This document shows, piece by piece, positions 49,613 to 61,420 of a DNA stretch of 64,000 nt; position 1 is the stretch's first letter; every line of letters begins with the position of its first letter. The notes below the pieces were generated by a model. The model was not told where the DNA came from. It ran no database searches and saw only the letters and a list, made by a program, of their open reading frames with translations. Origin of the DNA: an uncultured Puniceicoccaceae bacterium (GTDB taxonomy: Bacteria; Verrucomicrobiota; Verrucomicrobiia; Opitutales; Oceanipulchritudinaceae); assembly GCA_963933835.1 (NCBI GenBank), contig CAWVVV010000003.1, positions 64,001-128,000 on the forward strand, written 5' to 3'. A program made the position numbers and the translations under genes.

Positions 49613-50809
49613 CTATTCGGCCATGCTCTCTTCGATGAAATCACAGAATTCAGCCATGTTTGCATGCGCATTGAAATTCTCTTCAACCCATTTCCTGGCC
49701 TTGGCAAGCTGCGCGAAGCGTTTTTCATCACTGGCCTGCAATTCTATGATGGCCTCAAAATAGGCTTCGGGCGCCCCCGCGACGAAGCCGTTGACTCGGT
49801 GCTGAACAACCTCAGTCACTCCACCGACAGGCGAGGCAATGACTGAACAGCCCAACGCCATGGCCTCTGCAATGACATTGGGAAAGCCCGCCTGATCTCC
49901 ACTTTTAGCTAGAGTGCCGGTAAAGAGAAGCGCATCTGAAGCGGAAAGCAGCCGAAGGACCTCTTCAAAAGGTTGGGCACCACGAAGCTCAACCCGGTCA
50001 GCCCATACGGATCGATCCATCCGCATCTCAAAAGCCCGCCTCCCCGGGCCATCTCCGATGATACAAAGTTGAAACAGCACTCCCTTCGCGGCAATATGAT
50101 CAAGAATATCCCCAAGGAGGTCGTAACCCATCTTCGGCACAAACCGGCCGACTACCGCCAAGCGCAGTGGTGTGCTAAGCGTCGCCTTGGGTTCATAGGA
50201 CGGCATCTGGGCAAATCCACGCCGTATGACACGAAGCCGACTCTGGTCTGCCCCGAGCTCAAGAAACCTCGCCGCGCCAGCCTCAGTCGACGTTCTGAGC
50301 GCACAAGCTGCCTCCATCTTTTGGCGAATCAGGGCGTCTCCACCGTCTTCAAAAAGGTCATAGGCGTGACCAGCAAAAGAGAACCGAAGTCCGGTCAACA
50401 GATGCACTGTCCAGCCAATCGTCGCAGGCAACGAGGCCCACACCGCATGCAGCACGGTATCATCGGTTGCCTCTCGCTCAAACTTTCGGGCTAAAATAAT
50501 GCCATAACCAAAGCCCAACAGATTCTCGAAGAAGTTTGTCGGATTTCTCCAACGCAAACGCACGAGGTTGCGAAAGACACGAAAAAATCGACGCGGTGAG
50601 CGCAAAAACCAATAAGGTAACATGAGGAGCAATAGCCACAGTTCGACAAGCCGGAAGCGCTGAACCGGTCGCCCTCTAAACTCAACTTCACCCCCCCAAA
50701 ACGACCAAAGTTCAATTTCACGGTCCGCCTTCAGCAATGCCTCAACTTCCCGCTGAAGAAAGGTCTCGGTCCGAACTGGAAAGGTAGAAAAAAGCAGGAC
50801 TAAACGCAT
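49613..50809 (-). CDS. GT4 glycosyltransferase (WcaL-like)
   Basis: FPVRTETFLQRE, HAYDLF, VGRFVPKMG, GFPNVIAEAMA. Confidence 0.9.
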   Translation of the reverse strand: MRLVLLFSTFPVRTETFLQREVEALLKADREIELWSFWGGEVEFRGRPVQRFRLVELWLLLLMLPYWFLRSPRRFFRVFRNLVRLRWRNPTNFFENLLGFGYGIILARKFEREATDDTVLHAVWASLPATIGWTVHLLTGLRFSFAGHAYDLFEDGGDALIRQKMEAACALRTSTEAGAARFLELGADQSRLRVIRRGFAQMPSYEPKATLSTPLRLAVVGRFVPKMGYDLLGDILDHIAAKGVLFQLCIIGDGPGRRAFEMRMDRSVWADRVELRGAQPFEEVLRLLSASDALLFTGTLAKSGDQAGFPNVIAEAMALGCSVIASPVGGVTEVVQHRVNGFVAGAPEAYFEAIIELQASDEKRFAQLAKARKWVEENFNAHANMAEFCDFIEESMAE

Positions 50810-51972
50810 TATTCTACAACCTCTTTGCCTAAAGCATACAAACGTTCAACGAGGGTCTCTGGATGTTCTGCCGCAGCAAAAGCGCCCATCCGCTTGATCA
50901 TACCATCGTATGAGTCGGGATCCTCCAATAGGCCGGCTAGGGCTTGCTTCAATTCACGCGCTGAACGGATACGCAGACCAATACCTTCACGATGAAGAAA
51001 CCGACTTGTGCAAAATTCCTGGGGCATCGGCCCACGTTCGGCATGAAAGAGAGCTGGGACGACGAAGTGGACGCATTCCGCAAGGGTATTTGAGCCGCCT
51101 CGAGTGAGGACAATATCGGAGGACTGAAAGAGAGGGCCCACCTCAGTCAAAAATCCATGGATCGAGATGCGGAAATCAGGATGCCCCGCGGCCCATGCAC
51201 GTGTTCGCGTCAAAGTCGTCTCATTTTTTCCGCACAGGGCGATGACTTGAACCTTTCCTCCGAGATCGGCGATGCTATCGAGCATCTTTTCATGGCGATC
51301 CGCTCCTTTCATCCCTGAGGCCAGGAGCAAAGTAAACGTTGCCGAATCTAGGTTAAGCACCTCTGAGCGATACCGTTTCCTCTCATCCCATGCCATCCGC
51401 GACTCAAAATCAGTAGGCCGCAGCAAGGCACGAAAGACATGACACTTCGCGGGTGAAATACCGCGCTCTACAGCCAACTCAGCAACGGCCTTCGTCCGAC
51501 AAAGAAAAAGGTCCACCGAGGGGTCGATCCAGTGTTTAGAAAATCCGAAGCCGGGTGACCACTCTCCACAGTAGATTGCACACCGAACCTGATCGGCTCC
51601 AAGTGCCGCCCTCGCCCGTGCAAAATAGGGTGCGTTCAGGCTGTCATGCATACTGATGACGAGATGGGGTCGCGACGCTTTGAAGCGCTTTTCAACAGCT
51701 CCGCCACCAAAAGGCGTACCGAAATCCTGAACCCAGCCCCAGACTTCAGTGATGTGCCAAAAGATAAAGTGAAGTGCAGGGAGATGGCGTTGGATCGTAT
51801 TATAAATCCAAACCCCGAAACGCCCAACAACCGAGCTCTCCTCGAGGGCATGCCAAACTTCAACTTCGACGCGATCCCCTAGACACTTTTCAGCCCAATC
51901 TTTAAGAGCATAAGAACGAACATCATGGCCGCTTCCCGTGCTCGAGGTAAGAATCATCCATCGCTGCCGCAT
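50809..51972 (-). CDS. GT28 MGDG-synthase/UgtP-like lipid glycosyltransferase
   Basis: SSTGSGH, ALCGKN, LTRGGSNTLAE, MPQE. Confidence 0.82.
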   Translation of the reverse strand: MRQRWMILTSSTGSGHDVRSYALKDWAEKCLGDRVEVEVWHALEESSVVGRFGVWIYNTIQRHLPALHFIFWHITEVWGWVQDFGTPFGGGAVEKRFKASRPHLVISMHDSLNAPYFARARAALGADQVRCAIYCGEWSPGFGFSKHWIDPSVDLFLCRTKAVAELAVERGISPAKCHVFRALLRPTDFESRMAWDERKRYRSEVLNLDSATFTLLLASGMKGADRHEKMLDSIADLGGKVQVIALCGKNETTLTRTRAWAAGHPDFRISIHGFLTEVGPLFQSSDIVLTRGGSNTLAECVHFVVPALFHAERGPMPQEFCTSRFLHREGIGLRIRSARELKQALAGLLEDPDSYDGMIKRMGAFAAAEHPETLVERLYALGKEVVE

Positions 51973-51982
51973 CGTATCCAGT

Positions 51983-53242
51983 TTAATCAGCCGACTTAAA
52001 TACGATTGAAACGTTCGCCCCGCCGAAACCGCTGCTATTCGAGATCGCGACTAGAGGAGCCTCCGGGAGACTTTCTTTTGGAAAAAAGAGCCCCTCTGTT
52101 TCCTCGTCCGGATCGTCGATATGGGCAGCTCCAGGGGTGAAGCCTTCCTTCATCCCAAGGCAGACAAAACTGGCCTCCATGACACCAGCGAGAGAAAGAG
52201 CATGGCCCGTCAGAGCCTTCGTCGAACTCACTGCGAGGTCATCACGACAACCAAAGACCGATTTGATAGCCTTACATTCGACAGCATCCCCCATCACGGT
52301 CGAAGTCGCATGCGCATTGATGTAGTTCACATCAGCAGTTTTAACTGTGCTCATTTCAAGTGCTTGCTTCATCGCACGGCTAAGCCCTGCGCCCTCAGGA
52401 TGTGGAATCGCTACATGGTGGCCATCTGTTGCCTGTCCCCAACCAGCAATCCGAGCCTTGATCTCGGCGCCGCGTTTGCGAGCCACGTCTTCAGCCTCGA
52501 TAACCATCACGACGGAGCCGCCTGTCGCAACAAAGCCATCCCGTTTTTTATCAAAAGGTCGGGAGGCTGTATTCGGATCCGTATTCAAAGAGAGCACGCG
52601 CATCGTTGCGAAGGGCAGGACTGTCTCTGGTGTAAAGTCTTCTGCGCCGACAACAATGACGCGATCCTGTCGACCCAGCGCAACAGCATCATACGCGGCT
52701 CCGATAGCGTGAGCACTGGAGGCACAGGCTGAAACAAATCCTGTCGAGGCCCCTTGAATCCCGTAGCGGGCAACTAGGTTGAAACTGAGAGTGCCGGCGA
52801 TCGATGAGATCATTCCCATCGGCTTCGCCCGGGATGGCCCCAAGCGCTTCATTTGCTCAAGATGAAAGTGATTCATCTTCGCAGATCCGGCGGAGGCCGT
52901 AAACATCCCCGTTTCCGGATTCCGGATCTGCTCGTGCGTTAACCCCGCATCTGTGAGCGCCTTCTCGAAAGCGTGCACGGCATATAGGACGTTTGGCGAA
53001 AGACATCGCAGCTGATCGATCCGAAAATGAAGTCCCTCGGGATAGACCCAATCTTCGGCATCTTCCCCAATGATTTCAAAACCGGGCACGGGTGCCGCGA
53101 CATGAATGGGAGCATCTCCACGGTAACCCTCACTATAGGGCCGTATACCGTGATTCAATTCACGTAGATTTGAGGCGACCGATTGCCTTTCTAAACCAAG
53201 GCAGGTAGCAAAACCTAAACCCGTAACACAGACATTACGCAT
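51983..53242 (-). CDS. beta-ketoacyl-ACP synthase (FabB/FabF family)
   Basis: SACASS (Cys), NAHATST (His), KALTGH (His), SGFGG. Confidence 0.93.
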   Translation of the reverse strand: MRNVCVTGLGFATCLGLERQSVASNLRELNHGIRPYSEGYRGDAPIHVAAPVPGFEIIGEDAEDWVYPEGLHFRIDQLRCLSPNVLYAVHAFEKALTDAGLTHEQIRNPETGMFTASAGSAKMNHFHLEQMKRLGPSRAKPMGMISSIAGTLSFNLVARYGIQGASTGFVSACASSAHAIGAAYDAVALGRQDRVIVVGAEDFTPETVLPFATMRVLSLNTDPNTASRPFDKKRDGFVATGGSVVMVIEAEDVARKRGAEIKARIAGWGQATDGHHVAIPHPEGAGLSRAMKQALEMSTVKTADVNYINAHATSTVMGDAVECKAIKSVFGCRDDLAVSSTKALTGHALSLAGVMEASFVCLGMKEGFTPGAAHIDDPDEETEGLFFPKESLPEAPLVAISNSSGFGGANVSIVFKSAD

Positions 53243-53337
53243 AAGCTAACAGCCAAGAAGGTGAACTCACTAAAAGCGAGCCTGAGTATTGATATTCGCC
53301 ACAAAAGTGGCGTCACTACTCAATTAAAATACCTCGC

Positions 53338-54177
53338 TTAGGCTTCCTCGCCTTCAGAACCGTAGACTCCGAGGCTCAGCTCTTCAACCACTGCTACGCG
53401 ACTCCCGGCGCAAGTGATCGAACCAGAAAATTGAGCAATCGGTAATCGAGCACGTGAAAACTCAACTTTCAAATTAAGTGTTTCACCTGGGCGACAGATG
53501 CGATGACAGCGAACGCCATCTGAAGAAACAAAAAGAACACGTTCAGGAGAGCCTGCCGCAAACTCCGGCCGATCGCTGCGTAGAATGCTGAACACCGCTA
53601 GTTGTCCCAAGGCCTCAATCATCAACGAGGCCGGGAAAATCGGATCTCCAGGAAAGTGTGCTTCCATAAAGAGATCATCGTGTGGAATCGTATAGGTGCC
53701 CTCTGCGCTCGAACCGTTCACACGGACTTCGTGTAGAAATAGGAAGGGTGGCTTATGCGGCATTGTCGCAGCAATCTGCTCCGGACCAAAGACCTTATTC
53801 ACATGCGGCGAAGGTTCACCCTTCAATTTCGCAGCAACAAAGGATTCAATATCGCCGAGTGTGCGCAATCCCTTCAGCTCATCATTCTCGATCGCAATAT
53901 CGAGAACGGCTTCAACCGTCATAACGATCTCCACCATGAGGAGGGAATCGACTCCCAGGTCCTCAGTGAGGCGCGCCTGCTTACCGAGTTCCTTCACTTG
54001 CCCGCGTAAGCCTGGCTCAACAAAGCGCTCTATTATCCCTATGACGATGACCGGAACAAGATCAGCATCCTTTTTCTGGGAGTATTGGATAGCCGCTTTG
54101 ACCGACACATCGGAACAACGCTTCATCGTATCGCGAATTTCTTCTTCAATCTGCTGAGTATCTTCGGAGGCGGGCAT
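53338..54177 (-). CDS. acyl carrier protein - FabZ-like dehydratase fusion
   Basis: DLGVDSL phosphopantetheine site; PHKPPFLF; HFPGDPIFPASLMIEALGQ. Confidence 0.9.
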   Translation of the reverse strand: MPASEDTQQIEEEIRDTMKRCSDVSVKAAIQYSQKKDADLVPVIVIGIIERFVEPGLRGQVKELGKQARLTEDLGVDSLLMVEIVMTVEAVLDIAIENDELKGLRTLGDIESFVAAKLKGEPSPHVNKVFGPEQIAATMPHKPPFLFLHEVRVNGSSAEGTYTIPHDDLFMEAHFPGDPIFPASLMIEALGQLAVFSILRSDRPEFAAGSPERVLFVSSDGVRCHRICRPGETLNLKVEFSRARLPIAQFSGSITCAGSRVAVVEELSLGVYGSEGEEA

Positions 54178-54417
54178 TAGCTAAGAGTTTGAAATTCAAG
54201 CAACACAGAGTTACTTATAATTATAAGAAGCCTTTTAGAATGTAGATGTATTGATCAGTGTAAATCCCTATTTATAGACGTAATAAAGCACTCATATTCA
54301 TCTCAATAAGTCAGCTAGACCGGGAACATTAGACCGACTCAGAGACTTTTTGAGAGGTCTCGGAAAAACTCATATCTTTTCCTCGCCCTTCTCTCCCCAG
54401 CGCATTGGCTCCGATAG

Positions 54418-54837
54418 GATGAGCATTGGTATACAGCGCATGCGCCTAATCTGGGCATTCCTGCTCATGGGGACCTTAAGCTTTGCTTCGCATTGGCACG
54501 TAGCACCGGCAATGCCTGGCTGGGATCTGTTCGAATTTGATAAGCTCGCGCATTTTCCCGTTTACGGGCTGCTCGCAACCCTGATCGCCCGAGCACTGAC
54601 CGGCGAGTTGAAGTGCCCGTCTATCTTCGGCATTGCTTGGGCCTCAACGGTCGGCTTCGGGATGGTCGATGAAACCATCCAATCGATGAACCCAGTCCGC
54701 GACTTCTCCCTCGCCGACCTCGTGGCTGATGCTGCGGGCACGAGCGTTGCACTTCTACCTATCTCTTGTGGCCGCTCTATCGGCGCGTTTTGGAGTGGCG
54801 CCTGTGGGGCCGTAAGATGAACTCGCCGCTCGCTTGA
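54418..54837 (+). CDS. VanZ-family membrane protein, probable frameshift near 54756
   Basis: DKLAHFPVYG, DETIQ, R.FSLADLVAD; the -1 frame gives a more plausible tail TYLLWPLYRRVLEWRLW. Confidence 0.8.
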
Positions 54838-56940
<2,103 letters not shown>

Positions 56941-56963
56941 CCATTTTCAACTACAAAGCATAG

Positions 56964-58034
56964 ATGTCTGATACCTACAAAGCCCCTGAATTTCTCGTCG
57001 ACCTCCTCGAAGCACGTTCGCCATCAGGCTACGAGGCGGAAGCACAAGCCGTTGTCGATCGCTATATCTCAGATGTGGCTGATGTCTACGAGCGCGACCC
57101 GATGGGCCAGCGCATCGCGACGATCAACCCCGAGGGGCAGCCCAGCCTACTCCTCGCCGGACATATGGATGAGCTCGGATTCATCATCACGTTTGTCGAT
57201 GACAAAGGCTTTCTCTACTTCGACACCGTCGGAGGAATCGACCTCAACACGATCGCTGGTCGACGCGTTTCAATTCTAACAAAAGAGGGTGTCGTCACGG
57301 GCGTGACTGGAAAACGCGCCATCCACCTCCTCACGCCAGCCGAACGCAAAAAAGTGCCGGAGAAGGAAAATCTCTGGATTGATATCGGCGCGAAGAACAA
57401 AGCGGATGCGCTCTCTCTCGTTGGTATTGGCGATGTCGCGGTTTACACCGATGCATTTCATTTTATCCGTGGATCTATCGGCGTCGCCCGAGCGTTTGAC
57501 GACAAGAGCGGTTGCTATGCAATCATGGAAACGCTTCGACGAATTGCCGCCAAACGCGATGGTCTTGAAGCTCAACTCATCTCTGTCGCAACCACCCAGG
57601 AAGAAATCGGTTGCCGAGGCGCGCGCACGGTTGCGAATCGCATCCAGCCTGATTTCGCCATTGCCGTTGATGTCGGACACGCGACGGATCACCCAGAATG
57701 CGATAACAAGAAATTTGGTGAGTTCACGCTAGGCGGAGGCCCTATCATCACGCGTGGTGCTAACATTTCTCCGCTCGTTTTCGATCGTCTCGTGAACTGC
57801 GCTAAAGACCAAGGAATCCCCTATCAAATTGAGGCCGACCCTCGCCCGACCGGCACGGATGGACGTGAGCTTCAGATGGGCGGAGGAGGCGTCGCGACCG
57901 GCGTAGTCAGTATTCCACTACGCTACATGCACACCGCTTCCGAAATCGTCGACCTCGAAGACATCGAACGCACCGTCCAGCTCTTAGAAGCCTTTACCCG
58001 CAGTCTAAAGACAGACGACGTCAATGTCTGGTAA
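56964..58034 (+). CDS. M42-family aminopeptidase
   Basis: GHMDE, AFDDK, QEEIG, AVDV, GTDG, RYMHT. Confidence 0.95.
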   Translation: MSDTYKAPEFLVDLLEARSPSGYEAEAQAVVDRYISDVADVYERDPMGQRIATINPEGQPSLLLAGHMDELGFIITFVDDKGFLYFDTVGGIDLNTIAGRRVSILTKEGVVTGVTGKRAIHLLTPAERKKVPEKENLWIDIGAKNKADALSLVGIGDVAVYTDAFHFIRGSIGVARAFDDKSGCYAIMETLRRIAAKRDGLEAQLISVATTQEEIGCRGARTVANRIQPDFAIAVDVGHATDHPECDNKKFGEFTLGGGPIITRGANISPLVFDRLVNCAKDQGIPYQIEADPRPTGTDGRELQMGGGGVATGVVSIPLRYMHTASEIVDLEDIERTVQLLEAFTRSLKTDDVNVW

Positions 58035-58043
58035 ACTCGCTAC

Positions 58044-59156
58044 ATGAGCGACGAACCAAAGCTCTTCAAAGATCACTTTGATCTCCGGACGGCAAAAGCA
58101 CTCGCGGCTCAAGTCGCAAACGTTTGCACTGACTTTGATCAGAAGCGATTCGTCGCGTTGGCAACCAAGGGCCTGCTTTCTTTAGAGCTTCTCGCCCGCG
58201 TCGATCATTTCGCAGCGGCGCTCAAGGCCTGCCTTCCCGACGACATTCCCGAAGCCCTTGCCATCCTTGAGCGTAGCCTACCGCCTGCACTGACTGACTG
58301 TGAAGAACTCTCTGTCGGCTGGATACAATGGCCCATCGCCAATTTCGTCGCGACCCATGGGCTCGACCATTTCGATCTATCTCTAGCCTTCTTAACAGAA
58401 TACACCCAGCGCTTCAGCGCTGAATTTGCGATCCGAGCATTTGCTGAGGCTCAACCGACAAGAACCTTCGATTACCTTTACAGCCTACTCGAGTACGAGA
58501 ATCCGCATGTGCGCCGGTGGTGCAGTGAAGGCGTTCGACCACGATTGCCATGGGGCAAACGGTTAAACTCACTTGTCAATGACCCCACTCCGCTTTGGAC
58601 AATTTTAGAAGCACTCAAGGATGATCCCGAACGGTATGTCCGACGCTCCGTTGCGAACAACCTAAACGACATCGCAAAGGATCACCCTGAGCTCGTCATC
58701 GCCCGCTGTAAAAAGTGGAACAGAAAGAAGACTCCCGAGCGCTCACGCCTCATCAAACACGCCCTGCGCAGCCTGATAAAAGACGGACAACCTGACGCCC
58801 TCGCCCTGATTGGTTTCGAGCCCCCCTGCGACATCAGTGTCGATCTCACAACTGATCAGTCGAAGGCAAAGATAGGTGACTCGATCCAACTGACCGCTTC
58901 ACTCTCATCACACTCAGCCGTCGAACAAAGCCTTCTGCTCGACTATATCGTTCACTTCGTCCGAAAAAACGGATCGACCGGAGCAAAGACATTTAAATGG
59001 ACTCAGCTCACCCTAGCACCTGGTGGCAAGCGGACCGTTCACAAAAAACACCCCTTTAAACTCACGACGATTCGCCAGCTCTACGCAGGCGTGCATCGGA
59101 TAGAACTCCAGCTCAACGGGCACCGGCTAACGGACATGAAAATTGCGCTTCGCTGA
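58044..59156 (+). CDS. DNA alkylation repair protein (AlkC-like HEAT repeat plus Ig-like tail)
   Basis: FSAEFAIR, HVRRWCSEGVRPRLPW, YVRRSVANNLNDIAKDHP. Confidence 0.88.
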   Translation: MSDEPKLFKDHFDLRTAKALAAQVANVCTDFDQKRFVALATKGLLSLELLARVDHFAAALKACLPDDIPEALAILERSLPPALTDCEELSVGWIQWPIANFVATHGLDHFDLSLAFLTEYTQRFSAEFAIRAFAEAQPTRTFDYLYSLLEYENPHVRRWCSEGVRPRLPWGKRLNSLVNDPTPLWTILEALKDDPERYVRRSVANNLNDIAKDHPELVIARCKKWNRKKTPERSRLIKHALRSLIKDGQPDALALIGFEPPCDISVDLTTDQSKAKIGDSIQLTASLSSHSAVEQSLLLDYIVHFVRKNGSTGAKTFKWTQLTLAPGGKRTVHKKHPFKLTTIRQLYAGVHRIELQLNGHRLTDMKIALR

Positions 59157-59287
59157 AAGCAGAGGAGTGAGTGCGAATCTGTGGGTGCTTCAGGCCGAAT
59201 ATTAATGACGAAATAGACCTTGAAGAATCATTACCCCGAGCCAAATGTGCGCTATTTAGAAACCATTAACACTTACCAGACCCGACC

Positions 59288-60319
59288 ATGCCAATCGCAA
59301 CACCCAAGCAATACGAAGCGATGATCGACGCCGCCCAGAAGGGCGACTATGCCTACCCGGCCGTTAACATCACCTCTATCACCACGATCAACGCTGCCCT
59401 GAAGGCATTTGCTGACGCCAAGTCCGACGGGATCATCCAGGTCTCCACCGGTGGTGGTCAATTCGCCTCCGGCGTCAATGTGGCCGACGCCGCTTTCGGT
59501 GCCATCGTTCTCGCTGAAGCGACACACCTCCTCGCGGAAAAACACGACGTGCTCGTGGCCCTCCACACCGACCACTGCCACCCCGCCAAGGTCGACGGCT
59601 TCCTCAAGCCTCTCCTCGAGGCTTCCCGCAAGCGCATCGCCGAAGGCAAAGGTCCTCTCTTTCAATCACACATGTTCGACGGTTCGGTCGTCGAACTCGA
59701 CGAGAATCTTAAGATCTCCAAAGAGCTCCTTAAAGAGTGTGCCGAGCTCGACATCATCCTCGAAGTCGAAGCTGGCTGCGTTGGCGGTGAAGAAGACGGA
59801 CACGACACTTCTGGCCTACCGATCGAGAAGCTCTACACCACACCGGATGACATGGTCGAAGTTTACGAAGCCCTCCAGCCACTGGGCCGCTTCATCTTCG
59901 CAGCGACTTTCGGCAACGTGCACGGCGCCTACAAACCCGGCTCCGTGAAGCTCCAGCCAAAGATCCTCCGCGACGGCCAAAAGGCTGTGACGGATAAGCA
60001 TGGTGACAAAGCCTTCATGGACCTCGTTTTCCACGGTGGTTCCGGTTCCGAGCTCAGCGACATCCGCGAAACCCTCGGCTACGGCGTCGTTAAGATGAAC
60101 ATCGACACCGACACCCAGTATGCCTTCACCCGCCCGATCGTGAGCCACATCTGCGAAAACATCGAAGGCGTCCTCAAGATCGACGGCGAAGTTGGTAACA
60201 AAAAGAGCTACGATCCGCGCGGCTACCTGAAGAAAGCTGAGATGAATATGGCCGCCCGCCTCGTCAAGGCTTGCGAAGATCTCTGCTCCAACGGCAAGAC
60301 GATCTTCGGCACGGTCTAG
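59288..60319 (+). CDS. fbaA: class II fructose-bisphosphate aldolase
   Basis: LHTDHC, HMFDGS, GGEEDG, GNVHGAYKPG, FHGGSGS, KMNIDTD. Confidence 0.97.
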   Translation: MPIATPKQYEAMIDAAQKGDYAYPAVNITSITTINAALKAFADAKSDGIIQVSTGGGQFASGVNVADAAFGAIVLAEATHLLAEKHDVLVALHTDHCHPAKVDGFLKPLLEASRKRIAEGKGPLFQSHMFDGSVVELDENLKISKELLKECAELDIILEVEAGCVGGEEDGHDTSGLPIEKLYTTPDDMVEVYEALQPLGRFIFAATFGNVHGAYKPGSVKLQPKILRDGQKAVTDKHGDKAFMDLVFHGGSGSELSDIRETLGYGVVKMNIDTDTQYAFTRPIVSHICENIEGVLKIDGEVGNKKSYDPRGYLKKAEMNMAARLVKACEDLCSNGKTIFGTV

Positions 60320-60354
60320 GACAGTCTCACCTTCCAGTTTGATTTGTTTTTATT

Positions 60355-60386
60355 GACGCCGACCCGCAAGGGTCGGCGTCTTTTTT
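60355..60386 (+). terminator. intrinsic terminator after fbaA
   Basis: gacgccgaccc-gcaa-gggtcggcgtc followed by T6. Confidence 0.92.
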
Positions 60387-60417
60387 GCTCAGACAAGAAT
60401 CCTCTCACCTAGCCGCC

Positions 60418-60975
60418 ATGTTTGTTCCCGATCGTCCCGAAAAAAGCCACGCCGCCTACATATTTGATTTTGACGGCACACTGGCACACTCCATGCCGCT
60501 CCATCTTAGAGTTTGGAACGCGGGCCTAGCAAATGGCGCCCCTTTCCGCCTCGAAAAGGACAGCTTTATGAGTGTCGCTGGGATGGCGCTTCGCCAAACC
60601 GTCGAACACTGGAATCAAACCCATCAGCTTCAGATCGACCCAGATACGGTGATCGAAATCGTGCCCCTTGAGCCCACCGTGGCCTATGCTTGAGAGCTCC
60701 ACGCGGCGGGTATCCCGATCGCCGTTGCTTCGGGCAGCACATGCGATGACGTCAAGCAGACCCTCGAAATCATCGGCGTTAGCACCCTCTTTCAAACTGT
60801 CGTCACTGCCGATGATGTAAAGAATGGTAAGCCCGCTCCAGATCTCTTTTTGAAAGCGGCTAAAGACCTCGGAGTCGCTCCGTCCACTTGCTGCGTTCTG
60901 GAAGGCAGCGAGCTCGGCATCGAAGCCGCTGATGCCTGTGAAATGGCATGGATACGGATTCCCGTGTTTTTGTAG
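60418..60975 (+). pseudogene. HAD phosphatase (YqaB/beta-PGM-like) with in-frame TGA
   Basis: IFDFDGTL; TGA at 60691-60693, then the same frame continues ...AVASG...GKPAPDLFLKAA...VLEGS to TAG at 60975. Confidence 0.85.
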
Positions 60976-61179
60976 CGAACTAGTTAGTCGACCCGAGAAA
61001 CGCAAATTGATCATTTTCCCTGCATTCTTGGCCAGATCATCCGATGATTTCCACATTCAGAATGTGGTAGATTATATCACAGAGTGCCCATATCGAGCCT
61101 ACCTAGACATTTCCCTTTAGCCTTGAATAGACGCTTCCAAAAAACCTAAATAACGCCGTCGCATTTAACTAATCATTTC

Positions 61180-61419
61180 ATGAATACAACCACAGTCACA
61201 GAAATCACCGACCTCTCTCAAGCAAAGGATCTCGTAGCACGCGTGCACAAAGGTGAATTCAAAGAGGCACGTGAGCGATACGACTATTTCTTGAGCTATG
61301 GCTTCCTGCCAAAACATTTCGAAGACATGCTTGATTTCTGTCGAAACTATGGTTTGGGCCCCGTAGACCTAGATGGATCAAAGGTTTCCGAGCAGTTCCC
61401 AGCGACGAATAAGCCCTGA
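61180..61419 (+). CDS. hypothetical 79-aa protein
   Basis: ATG ORF ending 1 nt from the convergent menB stop. Confidence 0.55.
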   Translation: MNTTTVTEITDLSQAKDLVARVHKGEFKEARERYDYFLSYGFLPKHFEDMLDFCRNYGLGPVDLDGSKVSEQFPATNKP

Positions 61420-61420
61420 T

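Noticed and set aside
60691..60693. TGA as selenocysteine or recoded stop
   Set aside because: The position is not Cys-like or catalytic, other lesions are present, and TGA ends other genes normally.
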